Shown: positions 28,970 through 39,582, counted from the stretch's first letter. The stretch: 64,000 nucleotides of DNA from an uncultured Desulfobulbaceae bacterium (GCA_945787325.1 CALZHP010000004.1:2262-66261); one strand, 5' to 3'. Translations and numbers: made by a program. The notes: generated by a model not told the origin, from the sequence alone.

Positions 28970-30319
28970 ATGACCCTGAAAAACAAAAGGAAACCTACTT
29001 TAAAAGCATTGCTTACAGCTGCTGTTTTCTGTCTGCCCCTGCTTTTTACTATGCCCTGCTTTTCCAAAGAACAATCTTCAACTGTTCAGGAAACTTATAA
29101 AAATCTGGAAATGTTCTCCAATGTTCTGAGCATAATCCAACAAAATTATGTTGAACCAATAGACACCCAGGATGTTATTGAAGGAGCTATCAGGGGAATG
29201 CTAATGACACTTGATCCCCATTCATCTTTCATGAACCCAGACGACTTTAAGGAACTTCAGGTTGAGACTAAGGGCAGCTTCAGCGGTATAGGCATTGAAA
29301 TAACCATCAAGGATGGAATCCTGACTGTTGTTTCACCAATCGAGGGAACCCCAGCATACGAGAAGGGCATTAAAGCAGGTGACAAAATAATTAAAATTGA
29401 AAATGAGCCGACCAAGGATATGTCCTTGATGGATGCTGTTAAAAGACTGCGAGGTTTCAAGGGTACACCGGTTACTATTTCAGTTCACCGTCAAGGATGG
29501 ACTGAACTTCAAGAGATAACCATCATTAGAGATGTCATTCCAATTCACAGTGTCAAAGCTAAAATTCTTGAGCCGGGTTTCGCTTATGTCCGCATAACAA
29601 ATTTCCAGTCACAGACAAGTAAAGACCTGAAAAAAAGCTTAAAAAGTCTCACCAAAGAAACTGAAATTAAAGGGCTTATTCTCGACCTCAGAAACAACCC
29701 GGGAGGGCTCCTTGATCAATCAGTCAAAATTTCCGATCTATTTCTTGAAGAAGGATTAATTGTTTTCACCAAGGGGCGACATACAAACCAGGACATGGAA
29801 TTCAAAGCGCATTCAACCGGCACTCTCTATTCTTTTCCAATTGTTGTTCTTGTGAATGAAGGTTCCGCAAGTGCTTCGGAAATTGTCGCTGGTGCGCTCC
29901 AGGATAACAAACGAGCCCTTGTTCTTGGTACACAGACTTTTGGTAAGGGTTCTGTACAGACTATAATACCCATGAATGATGGCGCCGGTTTACGCTTAAC
30001 AACCGCGAGATATTATACACCAAGCGGTGTGTCAATTCAGGCCAAGGGTATCACACCGGATATAATTATACCATTTAAGCCAGTCAATGGTGATGAGGAA
30101 GTGGAAACTAAACAGCCAAAATTCCTTCGTGAAAAAGATCTTAAGCGTCACATGGAAAACGATAATGAGTTGAAAAATGGAGATGCTGAAAAAAAAGAAG
30201 AAAATGACACTGGGGAAGAAGAGAAAAAAGCTGACGAGATTAAGAAAGACAACCAGCTATATACAGCACTACTTATTCTAAAAAGTTTAAATGTTTTATC
30301 TGTCGTCACCGGTAACTGA
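28970..30319 (+). CDS. ctpA: carboxy-terminal processing protease (S41)
   Basis: PDZ domain plus the S41 catalytic region GSASASEIVAGALQD and TFGKGSVQ. Confidence 0.9.
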   Translation: MTLKNKRKPTLKALLTAAVFCLPLLFTMPCFSKEQSSTVQETYKNLEMFSNVLSIIQQNYVEPIDTQDVIEGAIRGMLMTLDPHSSFMNPDDFKELQVETKGSFSGIGIEITIKDGILTVVSPIEGTPAYEKGIKAGDKIIKIENEPTKDMSLMDAVKRLRGFKGTPVTISVHRQGWTELQEITIIRDVIPIHSVKAKILEPGFAYVRITNFQSQTSKDLKKSLKSLTKETEIKGLILDLRNNPGGLLDQSVKISDLFLEEGLIVFTKGRHTNQDMEFKAHSTGTLYSFPIVVLVNEGSASASEIVAGALQDNKRALVLGTQTFGKGSVQTIIPMNDGAGLRLTTARYYTPSGVSIQAKGITPDIIIPFKPVNGDEEVETKQPKFLREKDLKRHMENDNELKNGDAEKKEENDTGEEEKKADEIKKDNQLYTALLILKSLNVLSVVTGN

Positions 30320-30353
30320 CGGCTACTTACAGGATTATATGCTAAACAATAAA

Positions 30354-30383
30354 AGAACCCTGGGGAGCAGGGTTCTTTTTTTT
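30354..30383. terminator. intrinsic terminator between convergent ctpA and era
   Basis: GAACCCTG-gggag-CAGGGTTC followed by T8, with an A-rich tract on the other side. Confidence 0.75.
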
Positions 30384-30437
30384 GTGCCAAGTTTTTATAA
30401 TATAAATTAAAGAGCATCTTGTGCTCTGGTAACCCGC

Positions 30438-31349
30438 TCAGAAACCTAGTTCACGAATTATTCGCATATCTTTAGTCCAGTTTTTCTGGACTTTAACCCA
30501 GAGTTTCAATAAAACACGTTGCGCAAGCAGAGCTTCAATGTCATGGCGGGCATTTTTACCTATCTGTTCCAGCTTTGAGCCTCGTTTACCTATAATAATT
30601 CCTTTCTGGGATGATTTCTCCACCATTATAGTTGCATGAATTGTTACGAGTCCTTTTTTTTCATCCTCCTTAAAGCTATCTATAACTACAGCTGTTGAGT
30701 AGGGAATTTCTTGCCCAGTAAGAAGGAATATCTTTTCCCTGATAATTTCTGATGCTATAAAACGTTCAGTTGCATCTGTCGGTATATCCTCAGGGTACAG
30801 GCGCGGACCTTTCGGCAGAATTTTAAGAAGTTCTTTTACCAGAATATCTGTGCCGTCGTTATACAATGCAGATATAGGAATAATTGACGAAAAAGTAAAA
30901 AGATCATTGTATTCGTTGATTAATGAAAGCAGTTTTTCCTTGTCTACCAAATCTATTTTGTTGAGTATCAGAATTGCGGGCTGCTTTCGCCCTTCAAGAT
31001 ATTTGACTGTTGCCTTATGCTTTTCTGGTAGGGGGAGAGATACATCCACCAAAAAGAGAACCGCATCTACTTCGCTAAGACTGTCAAGGGCGATCTTAAC
31101 CATTTCTATGTTAAGTGGCTCTCTTGCCTTGTGGATACCGGGTGTATCGAGGAGGACAACCTGGTAGTCCGTGTCATTCATGATGCCCATGATACGGTTA
31201 CGCGTTGTTTGCGGCTTAGGTGTGACTATTGAAATTTTCTGCCCCAAAAGAGAGTTCATCAGGGTCGATTTACCTGCATTGGGAGGACCTACAATGGCCA
31301 CCATACCTGATATTATATTTTCTTCAGTAAACATTGTATTAACATACAA
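30438..31349 (-). CDS. era: GTPase Era
   Basis: G1 GPPNAGKST, G3 DTPG, G4 NKID, and a C-terminal KH domain. Confidence 0.93.
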   Translation of the reverse strand: MYVNTMFTEENIISGMVAIVGPPNAGKSTLMNSLLGQKISIVTPKPQTTRNRIMGIMNDTDYQVVLLDTPGIHKAREPLNIEMVKIALDSLSEVDAVLFLVDVSLPLPEKHKATVKYLEGRKQPAILILNKIDLVDKEKLLSLINEYNDLFTFSSIIPISALYNDGTDILVKELLKILPKGPRLYPEDIPTDATERFIASEIIREKIFLLTGQEIPYSTAVVIDSFKEDEKKGLVTIHATIMVEKSSQKGIIIGKRGSKLEQIGKNARHDIEALLAQRVLLKLWVKVQKNWTKDMRIIRELGF

Positions 31350-31659
31350 ATATTAATAGTTAGAACAACTTGTTCTGACCAGTTAAAGTTCCACAGTTTA
31401 ATCACAAATGACCATTTTTCAAGTTACTTGTTTTCCATTTAATATGTACTGTTAATTCGTGACAATTCAGATAATACTTGTTACATGAGCTGGCGATGTA
31501 CTTACTTTACAAGTGTATTTCATTTAACGCACAGATATTACGGCTGGAAATAGCAAATTGAAGAAGTTGATCCCTCTTCTATAAAATCATCACCAAGAGT
31601 ATCGTAAATGCTTAACAATTTAGATGCTTGATTAGCGTCAGGAGCCAGGCAAAAACTCA

Positions 31660-33651
31660 ATGTTTATGAAAAACAAAATCATAGAATATCTCGATAATGG
31701 TAAGTTCATAGTCGCTACTGTTGTTGAAGACACTGGCAACCGACTTAAGTTGATCAACCAGAACGGCCGGGAAGTTAATCTTCCACTGTCCAGAATTGTG
31801 CACGCAACGTCCAAACCAAATCCTGCCGGCCAAAGCCGTGAAGACTTACTCAAAAAGCTGAAAAAAACATCCGAGAGTCGTACCTCACTGATGCGTATCG
31901 TAAATCTTCATGAGATATGGGAAATATCTTCTGAAGAACCTGAAAACTCTTATGACCCAAGTTTTCTTGCCGGACTTTGCTTTGGGGAAGACGCAACAGA
32001 TGATCAGGTTGCCTCACTGCTGCGATGCGTATTTGTTGACCCGCTTTACTTTAAATATAAACAAGGGAAAGTAATATCACATTCACCTGAAATAGTTGAA
32101 CAGATCAGGCTGCGGCTTGAAAAAGAGAAACATAGAGAAGCACTGTTGGAGGCTGGCGCCAAAGGGCTCATCCTGCTATCTAAAGGAGATGATATTAGAG
32201 ACTGGCCGGAAAAGGACCGCTGCCTGCAACTTGTAAAAAACTATTATCTATTCGGAAGTGAAGCAGAAGATTACGATACCGCCAGGGACCTTCTGAAAAG
32301 AGCCAACCTAACTGCCCCCCATGATGTCTTTCACTTGCTTGTAAAATGCGGAATCTGGAAGAAAAATGAAAACATTCCACTATTGCGCAGTGGTATACCT
32401 CTTGATTTTTCAGATGAGGCAATTGATCAAATTAAGACAATTATAGATCCCGATGCTGATCAACTTATTAACCATGGACGCAAAGATTTACGCGATTTGT
32501 CTCTCATAACTATAGATGGGGCAGACACAAGGGATTATGACGACGCCCTGCATATAGAAAAACATGGTGATAATTATATGGTCGGGGTTCACATTTCCGA
32601 TGTGGCATTGTATGTAAAGCCAGGCGATCCTCTTTTTGATGAGGCGTTGTCCAGAGGAACATCGATATATTTCCCCGAAGGCCCCCTGCCTATGCTTCCA
32701 AAAGAGCTTTCTGAAGGAGTATGCAGCCTGGTCGCCAACAAGACACGCGCAGTTTTAAGTTGCATGTTTCTTTTTTCACCTGAAGGAGAAGTGCTCCAGT
32801 TCGAAACATTCCCCAGTGTTGTCAAAGTCAAACGTCAATTAAGCTACCAAGACGCAGACAAGCTGATTGGAACAGACTGGGAAATCAGCACCCTATCCAA
32901 ACTCAGTGTGAAACTTAGAGATCAACGCCTTTCGTCCGGCGCTCTTTTACTTCCTTTCCCCGATGTCAATATCCAGATCGGCCCTGATGAATCTACCAAT
33001 GTATACTTGTCAGAGGTAGATACCCCCGGACGCGTACTTATTTCTGAATTCATGATTCTAGCAAATACTTATTGCGCCGGATATCTTGCCGACAGGGAAG
33101 CGCCCGGGTTATACAGGTCACAAAAACCTCCTCGCCAAAGGCTGGTTCATGGACTGGACAAGGACCTTTTCATAAATGCCCGACAGAGAAAAAAGCTGTC
33201 ACCAATGTCATTATCAATTAAACCCGGACCCCACGCAGGGGTCGGCGTGCAGTATTACACGACTGTGACCTCACCAATTAGAAGATTTCTAGACCTAGTC
33301 CTTCAGCACCAGCTATATAGTATCATGGCTGGCAGGGGCATTCTTTTTTCGCCGGCGGAACTTGAAAGATTTGCTGTTAATATTGAGTCAACCAGAAACC
33401 GTGCCAACCAGGTGAGATACCTCAGGCATCGTTATTGGCTGCTTAAACACCTGGAATCTAAAAAAGGCCAGCGCTTTACATCCATAATCGTGGAAAAGGG
33501 GCCCAAACGCGCTCATCTTCTCCTTTCCGATTTTCTTTTGGATGTGGATATGCCGGCAAATCAGGCCATTAATGCGAAACCTGGAGATAGTGTCTCTATT
33601 CGTCTTGAAAAAGTGAATGCACTCAATAACTTTATTCGCTTTGAATGGTAA
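31660..33651 (+). CDS. RNase II/R-family 3'-5' exoribonuclease (RNB domain)
   Basis: RNB motifs TIDGADTRDYDDALH and TSPIRRFLDLVLQHQL. Confidence 0.85.
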   Translation: MFMKNKIIEYLDNGKFIVATVVEDTGNRLKLINQNGREVNLPLSRIVHATSKPNPAGQSREDLLKKLKKTSESRTSLMRIVNLHEIWEISSEEPENSYDPSFLAGLCFGEDATDDQVASLLRCVFVDPLYFKYKQGKVISHSPEIVEQIRLRLEKEKHREALLEAGAKGLILLSKGDDIRDWPEKDRCLQLVKNYYLFGSEAEDYDTARDLLKRANLTAPHDVFHLLVKCGIWKKNENIPLLRSGIPLDFSDEAIDQIKTIIDPDADQLINHGRKDLRDLSLITIDGADTRDYDDALHIEKHGDNYMVGVHISDVALYVKPGDPLFDEALSRGTSIYFPEGPLPMLPKELSEGVCSLVANKTRAVLSCMFLFSPEGEVLQFETFPSVVKVKRQLSYQDADKLIGTDWEISTLSKLSVKLRDQRLSSGALLLPFPDVNIQIGPDESTNVYLSEVDTPGRVLISEFMILANTYCAGYLADREAPGLYRSQKPPRQRLVHGLDKDLFINARQRKKLSPMSLSIKPGPHAGVGVQYYTTVTSPIRRFLDLVLQHQLYSIMAGRGILFSPAELERFAVNIESTRNRANQVRYLRHRYWLLKHLESKKGQRFTSIIVEKGPKRAHLLLSDFLLDVDMPANQAINAKPGDSVSIRLEKVNALNNFIRFEW

Positions 33652-34093
33652 ATTGAATTATTACCGATATGAAACCTTCTCCACATATTCTACATTTGAC
33701 TGATCCTTCTTAGATCACTTACTACCAAATTTACCCCACTTTCTCCCCCAAGACTCTAAACACAATTAATTAATTGTAATAACAGACAAATTTACCAATT
33801 TCATCATTTTCGCTAACTACAGTATTCGTGGTTAAAATGACAGTGAAACATTGATGAAACCATAAAGATTCAAATAACCCCTTCTTTTCAATCCTAGAAA
33901 ACCATCCAAAGAACATAATTATTGAAAAAAAATTCCAATAATTAAACGCTGATTTAAACACAAGATAAAGTATCCATCGATCCCAACACCACAATATGTA
34001 GTACAAGTCCCCTGAAAAAGACGAATAATTTGTCTTTGAACAAATAGGCACACGTTTTTTTTCACTTGACATGTCAGTTTGGTTTCTATAAAA

Positions 34094-34138
34094 AAGGGAC
34101 ATAGTGGTATAAAGTGGGAAAAAGGGGTTCAACGGGGT
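34094..34138 (+). promoter_or_regulatory. candidate MraZ operator: G-rich boxes with 10-bp periodicity
   Basis: GGG (34096), GTGG (34104), GTGGG (34114), GGGG (34124) and GGGG (34134), each separated by an A/T-rich spacer. They lie directly upstream of the mraZ ATG at 34150. Confidence 0.5.
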
Positions 34139-34149
34139 ATCAATTAACC

Positions 34150-34617
34150 ATGAGTGAAAACAGTAGATCGACTGAAAATCGCTTCAGAAGCAGATCAGAA
34201 CACAATCTTGACGCAAAGGGCAGGCTCAGTATACCCAGCCGGTTCCGTGATGTTCTGCGTAGGGAGTATTCTGAAATTCTCATGGTTACCAACTGGCAAA
34301 GTTGCTTAAAAGCCTATCCAGTTCTCGTCTGGGAAGATATTGAAGCAACCCTTCTTGGACAGGGAAAAAAGCAGCCAAACATGGGTGCTTTTGTTCGTTA
34401 CGTTATTTCAGGCGTTACAGAATGTTCTCTGGACAAACAGGGAAGAATTTTACTGCCGCCTGCTCTGAGAACTGATTTTAAGATAAAAAAAACAGTGATG
34501 CTCAGCGGCATGCTTGACCATTTTGAAATATGGGACAAAGCTGCCTGGACTACGGAAACGCAACAGACACGAGACAACTTTAACTCCTTCGATCTTTCAA
34601 CACTGGGAATTTTGTAA
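34150..34617 (+). CDS. mraZ: transcriptional regulator MraZ
   Basis: Two MraZ repeats, DAKGRLSIP and DKQGRILLP. The start is trimmed to ATG 34150 because the longer ORF-track start runs through the repeat boxes. Confidence 0.9.
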   Translation: MSENSRSTENRFRSRSEHNLDAKGRLSIPSRFRDVLRREYSEILMVTNWQSCLKAYPVLVWEDIEATLLGQGKKQPNMGAFVRYVISGVTECSLDKQGRILLPPALRTDFKIKKTVMLSGMLDHFEIWDKAAWTTETQQTRDNFNSFDLSTLGIL

Positions 34618-34621
34618 AAAG

Positions 34622-35497
34622 GTGATTCATTATCCGGTTCTGCTTAAGGAAACAATCGAATACTTGGCGCCCAAAAATAATGAGATCTACGTTGACGGAA
34701 CAATGGGAATGGGGGGCCATACAGCTGAGATCCTCGAAAAAAGCAAACCGGACGGGCGGGTAATAGGACTTGATTGGGATGAAGAAGCTTTGGCCCTGGC
34801 CCGTGAAAGGCTTTCAGTATATGGGGACAGGCTCAGGACATTTCGAAGAAATTATGCGGAAATCAGTGAATGTCTGAAAGAACTTGGGATATCAAAGTTA
34901 AACGGTATCGTTCTAGACCTGGGAATGTCTTCATACCAGCTGGATTTAAGCAGTCGCGGCTTTACTTTCAAGGGAAGTGAACCCCTTGATATGAGGATGG
35001 ATAATCGCGGCAAGACAACAGCCGCGGAACTATTAAACTCAAGGAGCGCAGATGAATTGGCAGACATTTTTTTCTATTACGGTGAGGAACGGCAGTCTAG
35101 AAGAATCGCTGCTCGAATCGTGGAAGAGCGAAAGAACGATCGGATTGAAACCACGGACAGGCTTGCCGGCATTGTGGCACAAGCTGTCCCCAAACGTTTT
35201 CACCCGAAAAAAATCCACGTTGCGACAAAGGTCTTCCAGGCACTACGAATTGCCGTCAACCGTGAACTGGAAAATCTGAAAAATATTCTGGATGAAGCAC
35301 CGGCACTCATTGTTCCTGGGGGGAGGTTGTGCATAATTTCGTTCCATTCACTTGAAGATCGGCTGATCAAATGGAAATTCCGTGAGCATTCATCATTTAA
35401 TATCCTCACCAAAAAGCCGGTTATAGCAAGCGAAATTGAATGCCGTGAAAACCCACGATCCAGAAGTGCAAAGCTGAGAGCAGCCACAATAAAGTAA
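34622..35497 (+). CDS. rsmH: 16S rRNA m4C1402 methyltransferase RsmH
   Basis: HYPVLLKE, DGTMGMGGH and DLGMSSYQLD. The start is the GTG at 34622, just after the mraZ stop. The ORF-track start at 34514 overlaps mraZ. Confidence 0.9.
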   Translation: MIHYPVLLKETIEYLAPKNNEIYVDGTMGMGGHTAEILEKSKPDGRVIGLDWDEEALALARERLSVYGDRLRTFRRNYAEISECLKELGISKLNGIVLDLGMSSYQLDLSSRGFTFKGSEPLDMRMDNRGKTTAAELLNSRSADELADIFFYYGEERQSRRIAARIVEERKNDRIETTDRLAGIVAQAVPKRFHPKKIHVATKVFQALRIAVNRELENLKNILDEAPALIVPGGRLCIISFHSLEDRLIKWKFREHSSFNILTKKPVIASEIECRENPRSRSAKLRAATIK

Positions 35498-35589
35498 GAA
35501 ATTGAAACATAAAGTTAGCCGCTGAAAGGGAAACACTTAACCAAACAAAGATCAAACAAGGCCGTAATTATTAAATTGGAGGATTTGCA

Positions 35590-35955
35590 ATGATAAATGA
35601 TTATGCCGGGCACTACTTCAATACTGCTATTAGGAAGCAGCATCCCGTCAGAAGAAACTCATCATATAAGAAACTCCTCGGGGTTAACGGCACTTGGATG
35701 ATGTGGAAAAGTATTGGTGTAATGCTCGTAATGACTATGACAATAGGAATTACTTCCACTGTCTGGTTCGGCTGGCAGATTAAAAATTCACTCAGCAGTA
35801 TTGGCATTGAAAGAACGACTCAACACAACATCGTAACGGAAAACAATCAACTGGCTGCTAAGCGCGATCGGCTGCTGGTAAGAGAACAGATTGAAGCTGC
35901 GGCAAAAAAACTGGGCCTTGTTACTCCCACAGCACGTCAGCTTCGCAAACCGTAG
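35590..35955 (+). CDS. ftsL: cell division protein FtsL
   Basis: A single TM segment followed by a coiled coil, ending in QIEAAAKKLGLVTP. It sits in the conserved dcw position. Confidence 0.75.
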   Translation: MINDYAGHYFNTAIRKQHPVRRNSSYKKLLGVNGTWMMWKSIGVMLVMTMTIGITSTVWFGWQIKNSLSSIGIERTTQHNIVTENNQLAAKRDRLLVREQIEAAAKKLGLVTPTARQLRKP

Positions 35956-35966
35956 GATCAACATGA

Positions 35967-37913
35967 ATGAAATTCCGGCCTCATCGGCATAAACTGCCTG
36001 AGCTCAAAAGGAAACTTTTACTGGTAACCGGGTTAACTGTTTTCCTGGTTCTGGCCGGTATTTCTACAGCCTTCCTAAAGACACATCCTGACTCTTTGTC
36101 CGGTTTTATTAACCGGCAGGACCATCAACCGAAAAAAGAACTGAAAAACTACCGCGGCAAGATTTACGATAGGAACTTCAGGGAGTTAGCCGGCAGTTAT
36201 CAGACTTGTGCGGTTTACGCCCGCCCTTTAGAAATTGAGAATACAGAATTTGTTGCGGACCGCCTCACACAGACACTTGATCTGGATAAAGCTAAACTTC
36301 TGTCTGATCTTAAGTCAGAAAGGGGTTTCGTTTGGCTGATAGAAGCTCTTGACACTGAGAGTGCCTCAATTATATCAGATCTCAATTTGAAAGGAATTTA
36401 CGTAACAGACAAAACGAGACGGCTTTATTCGAACAACAAAACTGCAGCTCATATACTTGGTTTTACTGAAAACGAACAGGGATTGGATGGCGTTGAACTG
36501 CAATACAACAGTATTCTTAAAGGTGACACACTGCAGACAATTGATCTGCCTATGATTGAAGTTGAAGAAAATAACGGGCTCCCTAAAGGTGCTGAACTCA
36601 TATTAACACTGGATCTTAAAATCCAGAATATACTGGAGTCAAATCTCAGTAAAGTTATGAAAAAAAATGGTGCTACATCCGCCAAAGCAATAATTATGGA
36701 TCCGAACAACGGTGCCATTCTGGCAATGGCTAGCCTGCCTTCCTATGACCCCAACCGTTACTGGGAATACAGTGCTGGAGAAAGAAGTAATCGAGCAATA
36801 AATGAGCTTTTATTTACCAAAGGACTTGATGGTTTTATAAACAGCGTAATCCAAAAAGAAGCCATATTGAAGGAATTACCATCCAAGAAGAACCGAAAAG
36901 ATAAACCAAGTGAATATATAGTATTAGCTCCACGAAAAATTAAGAAAAAAATTACTGACAGAAGAGCTGCCTTTTATGCTGAGAATTTACAAGATAAGGT
37001 TGTCAGTTTTGCTGGAAACAGCAAATTCAATATTGATCTTCCAGCAGGTACAGATTCTTCTGACAGCAGTTACTCCACTTCTTTCTGGGTCGATACATTA
37101 AAACATTCATCCGCACTACAGCTTCTCTCAGATTTCGCTATCCTCATAAATAGCGGAAAAAATGTAGGCCCACACATGCTGGCCGGCATTCTGGACAAAT
37201 CGACCGGACAAACTCTGCAAACAAAATTCAGCAAATTGAATCGAACAATTTTAGACAATGAATCAGGGGAGTCTGCTTTAAACTTTATCACCGAACTTGG
37301 TACAGCCGGACCCAAAAAATCCTTTTTTTTGGAAGCCATTTTAGAACACGAGCCGGCCAAAACTTCACAAACTGAAGCAGATAGTCAAAATCAAAAAGTG
37401 AAAGATTTTCAAGAATCAAAATATAACAGTGTCATGTTGGCCGCCATTCCGTCAGAGAAGCCGGAACTAATTATGATTACAGCCTTTGATGGCTTAAATG
37501 TCCAGCGGAACAAAGGGGCCAAATTCAAATCACCTTCATTAAATATCGGTAAAAAAATATTACCGAAAGTTCTGCCTCTCAGCCAAACAAAAATTGTTTC
37601 AGCAAACCAGCCTGTTGGGGATATGGAGAACGCTGCGATTCTAGAAGCTTCTTTACACAAAATAAAAGCGAAACGAAAAGCTGGCAATAAATTAGTTCAA
37701 AAAGATAAGCCTGTTAACTTCAAAATGCCTGATGTTACAGGAAAAAGTTTACGCGGCGCCCTCCAGTCATTACAGCAGTATAGCTTGACAATTAACATTA
37801 ATGGTTCAGGAAAAATTACAGAACAATACCCCGAGGCCGGAACTACAACAGTGAGTGGGCAAAGTTGCAGTCTCAAACTGAAGACGCAAACGAAATTTCA
37901 GCCAGCACATTAA
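35967..37913 (+). CDS. ftsI: FtsI/PBP3-like protein with a degenerate (non-catalytic) transpeptidase domain and a C-terminal PASTA domain
   Basis: N-terminal TM anchor and PBP dimer domain (YRGKIYDRN, HILGF). IIMDPNNGAILAMASLPSYDPN aligns to the transpeptidase entry region. The SxxK position reads FTKGLDGF (nt 36813-36836) and the KTG position reads ELGTAG. PASTA domain: MPDVTGKSLRGALQSLQ. Confidence 0.8.
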   Translation: MKFRPHRHKLPELKRKLLLVTGLTVFLVLAGISTAFLKTHPDSLSGFINRQDHQPKKELKNYRGKIYDRNFRELAGSYQTCAVYARPLEIENTEFVADRLTQTLDLDKAKLLSDLKSERGFVWLIEALDTESASIISDLNLKGIYVTDKTRRLYSNNKTAAHILGFTENEQGLDGVELQYNSILKGDTLQTIDLPMIEVEENNGLPKGAELILTLDLKIQNILESNLSKVMKKNGATSAKAIIMDPNNGAILAMASLPSYDPNRYWEYSAGERSNRAINELLFTKGLDGFINSVIQKEAILKELPSKKNRKDKPSEYIVLAPRKIKKKITDRRAAFYAENLQDKVVSFAGNSKFNIDLPAGTDSSDSSYSTSFWVDTLKHSSALQLLSDFAILINSGKNVGPHMLAGILDKSTGQTLQTKFSKLNRTILDNESGESALNFITELGTAGPKKSFFLEAILEHEPAKTSQTEADSQNQKVKDFQESKYNSVMLAAIPSEKPELIMITAFDGLNVQRNKGAKFKSPSLNIGKKILPKVLPLSQTKIVSANQPVGDMENAAILEASLHKIKAKRKAGNKLVQKDKPVNFKMPDVTGKSLRGALQSLQQYSLTININGSGKITEQYPEAGTTTVSGQSCSLKLKTQTKFQPAH

Positions 37914-37944
37914 TATTTTTTTCAGTTTTAGAGTAGATACCAAA

Positions 37945-39582
37945 ATGACTGCACACTTGACAGATAGTTACCATAATACCCTCAAACATGTCCTGGATGG
38001 CATTCAACACCATCTGACTGCAAAGGAGGGGAATATAAGAATATCCGGTATTTCAATTGATTCTCGTAAAATTACATCTGGCAATATTTTTGTTGCTGTT
38101 TCCGGTAATAACGTTGACGGCCATATGTTTATTGAAAAAGCAATAAAAGCAGGCTGCAAAGCTATACTTGCGGATAGAGGAAAAGTCCCAAGAGGCGTTC
38201 GTAAAAAAACTGTTGTGGTTGAAGTAGAAAACACCCGAGCTGTTCTCGGGCACATTGCCTCTAATTTTTATAATCACCCAGCACGTTTAATGAAAATGAT
38301 TGGCATTACTGGAACCAACGGCAAGACAACTGTTTCGTACCTGATTGAATCAATTATCAGGGCCGGCGGTGGTAACCCTGGTGTAATTGGAACAGTTTCA
38401 TACCGCTATTCTGGCAGGAGCGGTAAAAATATTGAAATGCCGGCGGACTTCACTACTCCAGAAGCCCCTGATTTGCACAAACTTCTTAAGAAAATGTCTG
38501 ATAATGGTGTCAGCCATGTGGTTATGGAAGTTTCTTCACATGCTCTGGCTCAGCAACGAATTGAGGGGCTGAAATTTGACGTGGCCCTGTTTACCAACTT
38601 AAGCAGGGATCATCTCGATTTCCATAAGGATATGAACAGATATTACGACAGCAAAAAAAAGCTGTTTTGTGAATACTTGCACCCCAATGGACAGGCCATA
38701 GTCGTAATCGACAAAAACAAGGCGCAGCATAAAGGCCCTGACAGCATTCAGGATAATTCTACCAATTGGGGACATAAAATGGCTGCTGAGGTAGAGCATG
38801 AACTCTGCTCTCAAAGCAATAAAATTTCGGTCATGACATGTTGTCTTGACAAGGATTGCAGCATACATCCATCCAAATACAGTTTCACTCTTGCCGGCAC
38901 CAGTGCCGAGATAGTGAACCCGAAAGGATCTTTCCAGATTTACTCCGAGCTGACGGGTGAATTTAATCTGAGAAACATCCTTGCAGCTACAGGTGCAACA
39001 GCATCCCTGGGATATAAAAATACTGAAATATTTAAAGGCATTAGTGCTGTAAAAAATATTCCTGGCAGACTCGAAAAAATTCGTTCATCCAACCAAGCTA
39101 CCTTCTTTGTTGATTATGCACACACGCCAGATGCCATGGAAAATGTTCTTCAAACTCTAAAACAGCTGCAGTCCGGAAGGCTTATATGTGTGTTTGGATG
39201 CGGTGGAGACAGAGACCCGGGCAAAAGACCCATGATGGGGAAAATTGCAGGTGATTATTGTGATGTCGTACTGGCAACATCTGATAACCCCAGAACAGAA
39301 TCTCCCATAAAAATCCTCAATGAAATCGAAATAGGTCTTAAACGCTCGCATCTTGGCAGAAATCGTGCCGAAATCATTCTAACAGAGAATAAACGGCAAG
39401 GTTATGACATCATTCAGTCTCGGAGGGAAGCGATCGCTGTTGCTGTTCGCTACAGCCGTTCCGGTGACATTGTTCTGATTAGCGGTAAAGGTCACGAGTC
39501 ATATCAGATTACCATCACAGGAGTGAAGTATTTTGATGATCGTGAAGAAGTGAGAAAGCAAATGGGGGTAATACAATGGTAA
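37945..39582 (+). CDS. murE: UDP-MurNAc-tripeptide synthetase MurE
   Basis: GITGTNGKTT, DYAHTPDA and DNPR motifs. Confidence 0.93.
   Translation: MTAHLTDSYHNTLKHVLDGIQHHLTAKEGNIRISGISIDSRKITSGNIFVAVSGNNVDGHMFIEKAIKAGCKAILADRGKVPRGVRKKTVVVEVENTRAVLGHIASNFYNHPARLMKMIGITGTNGKTTVSYLIESIIRAGGGNPGVIGTVSYRYSGRSGKNIEMPADFTTPEAPDLHKLLKKMSDNGVSHVVMEVSSHALAQQRIEGLKFDVALFTNLSRDHLDFHKDMNRYYDSKKKLFCEYLHPNGQAIVVIDKNKAQHKGPDSIQDNSTNWGHKMAAEVEHELCSQSNKISVMTCCLDKDCSIHPSKYSFTLAGTSAEIVNPKGSFQIYSELTGEFNLRNILAATGATASLGYKNTEIFKGISAVKNIPGRLEKIRSSNQATFFVDYAHTPDAMENVLQTLKQLQSGRLICVFGCGGDRDPGKRPMMGKIAGDYCDVVLATSDNPRTESPIKILNEIEIGLKRSHLGRNRAEIILTENKRQGYDIIQSRREAIAVAVRYSRSGDIVLISGKGHESYQITITGVKYFDDREEVRKQMGVIQW

Noticed and set aside
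33770-34132. A 120-aa minus-strand ORF in the AT-rich region upstream of mraZ.
   Set aside because: It has an odd composition (Phe, Asn, Tyr and Trp-rich), no RBS and no motif, and it overlaps the mraZ promoter/operator region. It is likely spurious.
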